Shown here: positions 15,425 to 16,826 of the stretch, one piece after another | How the letters are laid out: each line of letters starts with the position of its first letter | Numbering within the stretch: the stretch's first letter is position 1 | Source: an uncultured Candidatus Poseidoniales archaeon | Lineage (GTDB): Archaea > Thermoplasmatota > Poseidoniia > Poseidoniales > CAYMED01 | NCBI GenBank assembly: GCA_964389655.1 | Contig: CAYMED010000031.1 | Coordinates: 1-16,826, forward strand | DNA length: 16,826 nucleotides | Direction of reading: 5' to 3' | Notes under the pieces: generated by a model | Seen by the model: only the letters and a program-made list of their open reading frames with translations | What the model was told of the DNA's origin: nothing | Database searches by the model: none | Made by a program: the position numbers and the translations under genes

Positions 15425-16549
15425 TCACCATGCGTCGATGTTTGGTAGATGATCTGAAACAGGGCTTGATACACCACATCCCTTGCAAAGGAATCTTCTT
15501 GTGATTTCCGTATCGCAAAGGGGGCAGGATCTCCCCACGGTTCCTCTTCCATCACAGTCACTGACTGTGCAAGGTGCCTCAATTGCACCATCTTTTGCCC
15601 TTCCAACCGCCGATGGGGCATTGCAAGATGGGCATTTCCCATCTTTCATCTCTCGTGCTTCAAGTCCTGCCATCACTCGCCCAACTTGACGGGACCGGTC
15701 CGTTTCGATGCGGTCAGTCGCGGACCCAAGAAGAAGTTGGGGGTACCAAAGGATCACCATGAGTGCTGCGATTGATGCAAGATTCAAGATCAGGTGTATG
15801 GCAAGTGCGATGATAGAGCCATGTGGACGATATGCGATATGGAGCGTACCTGCCCATGATCCCAGTACTATGAATCCAGCCCAAGCGATCAGTATTGTAG
15901 TCCAACCTCTCAAGCTGTGGTCCTGTTTTGCCTCCATTATGTGTCGGGGGTCTGGGTCAGCATGCTCGGATTCAAGGTGAATATCTCTTGTTTCGCTGAC
16001 GGCTCTATGGAACATTGACATGACGAAGGAGAGCGAGAACAGCGACAAGAGGAGTACGACAATCCCTGAACCTGAAACTGAGAATGGGAATGCTGGGGCA
16101 AGTGCATGTGCATAAGCAAATCCAACTTGCACACCCCCCCACATTGCGACAATTAGAATGGCATGCCCGCGTAGTAAAGGAAAGAGGAGCCACAAACTGC
16201 TGATGAACCATGCCCACAAACTAAGGGATACAATCCATTGAACCACCGAGGCTGGTTGTGCACTAAAAATGCCTTTCCACCCTACAACCGATGTGTTTCC
16301 CCCTCCCCAAATTTCACCTGTAAGATCGATAGAACCAATCAATACGGCAAGGGAGCCAATGATCACTGTACGATAATGGGGGGCTCCCCATGTGCGCAAT
16401 AGGAGTTCAAGCATGTGTGATAGTTCGACACGAATATTTTCCAAAAACTGCCACTTTTGTCCTACATCTCGGCCTTCTTTCGAGGATAGCCGAGGCAGGT
16501 GATCTGCATCGTCGGCAGCGGCCTCAGCGGCCAGCGCGTTCTCGGACAT
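15425..16549 (-). CDS. Polytopic membrane protein (~6 TM) with C-terminal double zinc ribbon
   Basis: About six hydrophobic segments; C-terminus carries CPSC, CTVSDC, CPLC and CKGC (8 Cys); His/acidic loop ETRDIHLESEHADPDPRH...DHSL. Confidence 0.8.
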   Translation of the reverse strand: MSENALAAEAAADDADHLPRLSSKEGRDVGQKWQFLENIRVELSHMLELLLRTWGAPHYRTVIIGSLAVLIGSIDLTGEIWGGGNTSVVGWKGIFSAQPASVVQWIVSLSLWAWFISSLWLLFPLLRGHAILIVAMWGGVQVGFAYAHALAPAFPFSVSGSGIVVLLLSLFSLSFVMSMFHRAVSETRDIHLESEHADPDPRHIMEAKQDHSLRGWTTILIAWAGFIVLGSWAGTLHIAYRPHGSIIALAIHLILNLASIAALMVILWYPQLLLGSATDRIETDRSRQVGRVMAGLEAREMKDGKCPSCNAPSAVGRAKDGAIEAPCTVSDCDGRGTVGRSCPLCDTEITRRFLCKGCGVSSPVSDHLPNIDAW

Positions 16550-16597
16550 TGGGCAGAGGCGAGCATTGTGGCGGATAAATCATAACGCGGTTCGAGG

Positions 16598-16669
16598 AGC
16601 CACTGATGGGAATCGAACCCACGACCTACGCCTTACCAAGGCGTCGCTCTACCCCTGAGCCACAGTGGC
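16598..16669 (-). tRNA. tRNA-Thr (GGT), no intron, CCA not encoded
   Basis: Reverse complement GCCACTG-TG-GCTC-AGGGGTA-GAGC-G-ACGCC-TTGGTAA-GGCGT-AGGTC-GTGGG-TTCGATT-CCCAT-CAGTGGC-T; full cloverleaf of 72 nt with U discriminator. Confidence 0.97.
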
Positions 16670-16755
16670 GCGGCTCGGCGAGCGTACAGACTGCTTTGAT
16701 GCTTTGCAGGGCCATCGATGCATTCTTGATCCAATCACCGGCCCCATAGCATCAG

Positions 16756-16826
16756 GCCGAGGTCGCATAGCCTGGTATTGCGCGTGACTGGAAATCACGT
16801 GGGATTCGTCCCTCGGGAGTTCAAAT
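16756..16826 (+). tRNA. tRNA-Ser (GGA), truncated by the window end
   Basis: GCCGAGG acceptor strand, anticodon arm CGTGA-CTGGAAA-TCACG, long variable arm GGGA-TTCG-TCCC, T arm GGGAG-TTCAAAT. Confidence 0.94.

Noticed and set aside
15421-15642. 74-aa N-terminal extension of the subtilase overlapping the zinc-ribbon region of the upstream gene
   Set aside because: It is an alternative-frame read of the upstream CDS; GTG 15420 with a GGTGA SD gives a sensible N-terminal anchor.
16550-16826. tRNA genes as an integration site for a mobile element
   Set aside because: No integrase, duplicated tRNA 3' end or compositional shift is visible in the window.
1-16826. CRISPR arrays, transposases, tandem DNA repeats, tRNA or rRNA introns
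   Set aside because: None found on reading; both tRNA anticodon loops are uninterrupted.

Overview
Archaeal chromosomal window, most consistent with a marine Thermoplasmatota genome (Marine Group II/Poseidoniales-like; inferred from gene content and style, not from a search). It starts in the 3' end of the 23S rRNA, followed by 5S rRNA, aIF6 and purC. Next come a divergent 1862-aa secreted, membrane-anchored calcium-blade/CARDB/Ig protein with a coupled hypothetical partner, and an rpoE1(rpo7)-spt4-rps24e-rps27ae operon; rps27ae is missed by the ORF track. These are followed by a beta-propeller-like hypothetical, D-aminoacyl-tRNA deacylase (DTD2), a bacterial-type proline dehydrogenase, an archaeal Zn-finger protein, a SAM methyltransferase, a membrane-anchored S8 subtilase coupled to a polytopic membrane protein with a double zinc ribbon, and divergent tRNA-Thr(GGT) and tRNA-Ser(GGA, truncated). 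No mobile element or CRISPR is evident. The most notable unexplained signal is a compact ~85-nt structured RNA in the 5' leader of the rpoE1 operon: a three-way junction with a kink-turn-like GAUGA/UGA motif and an anti-SD segment. Secondary signals are an aIF6 gene with no usable AUG placed directly behind the 23S-5S genes, and the DZR membrane protein/subtilase pair.
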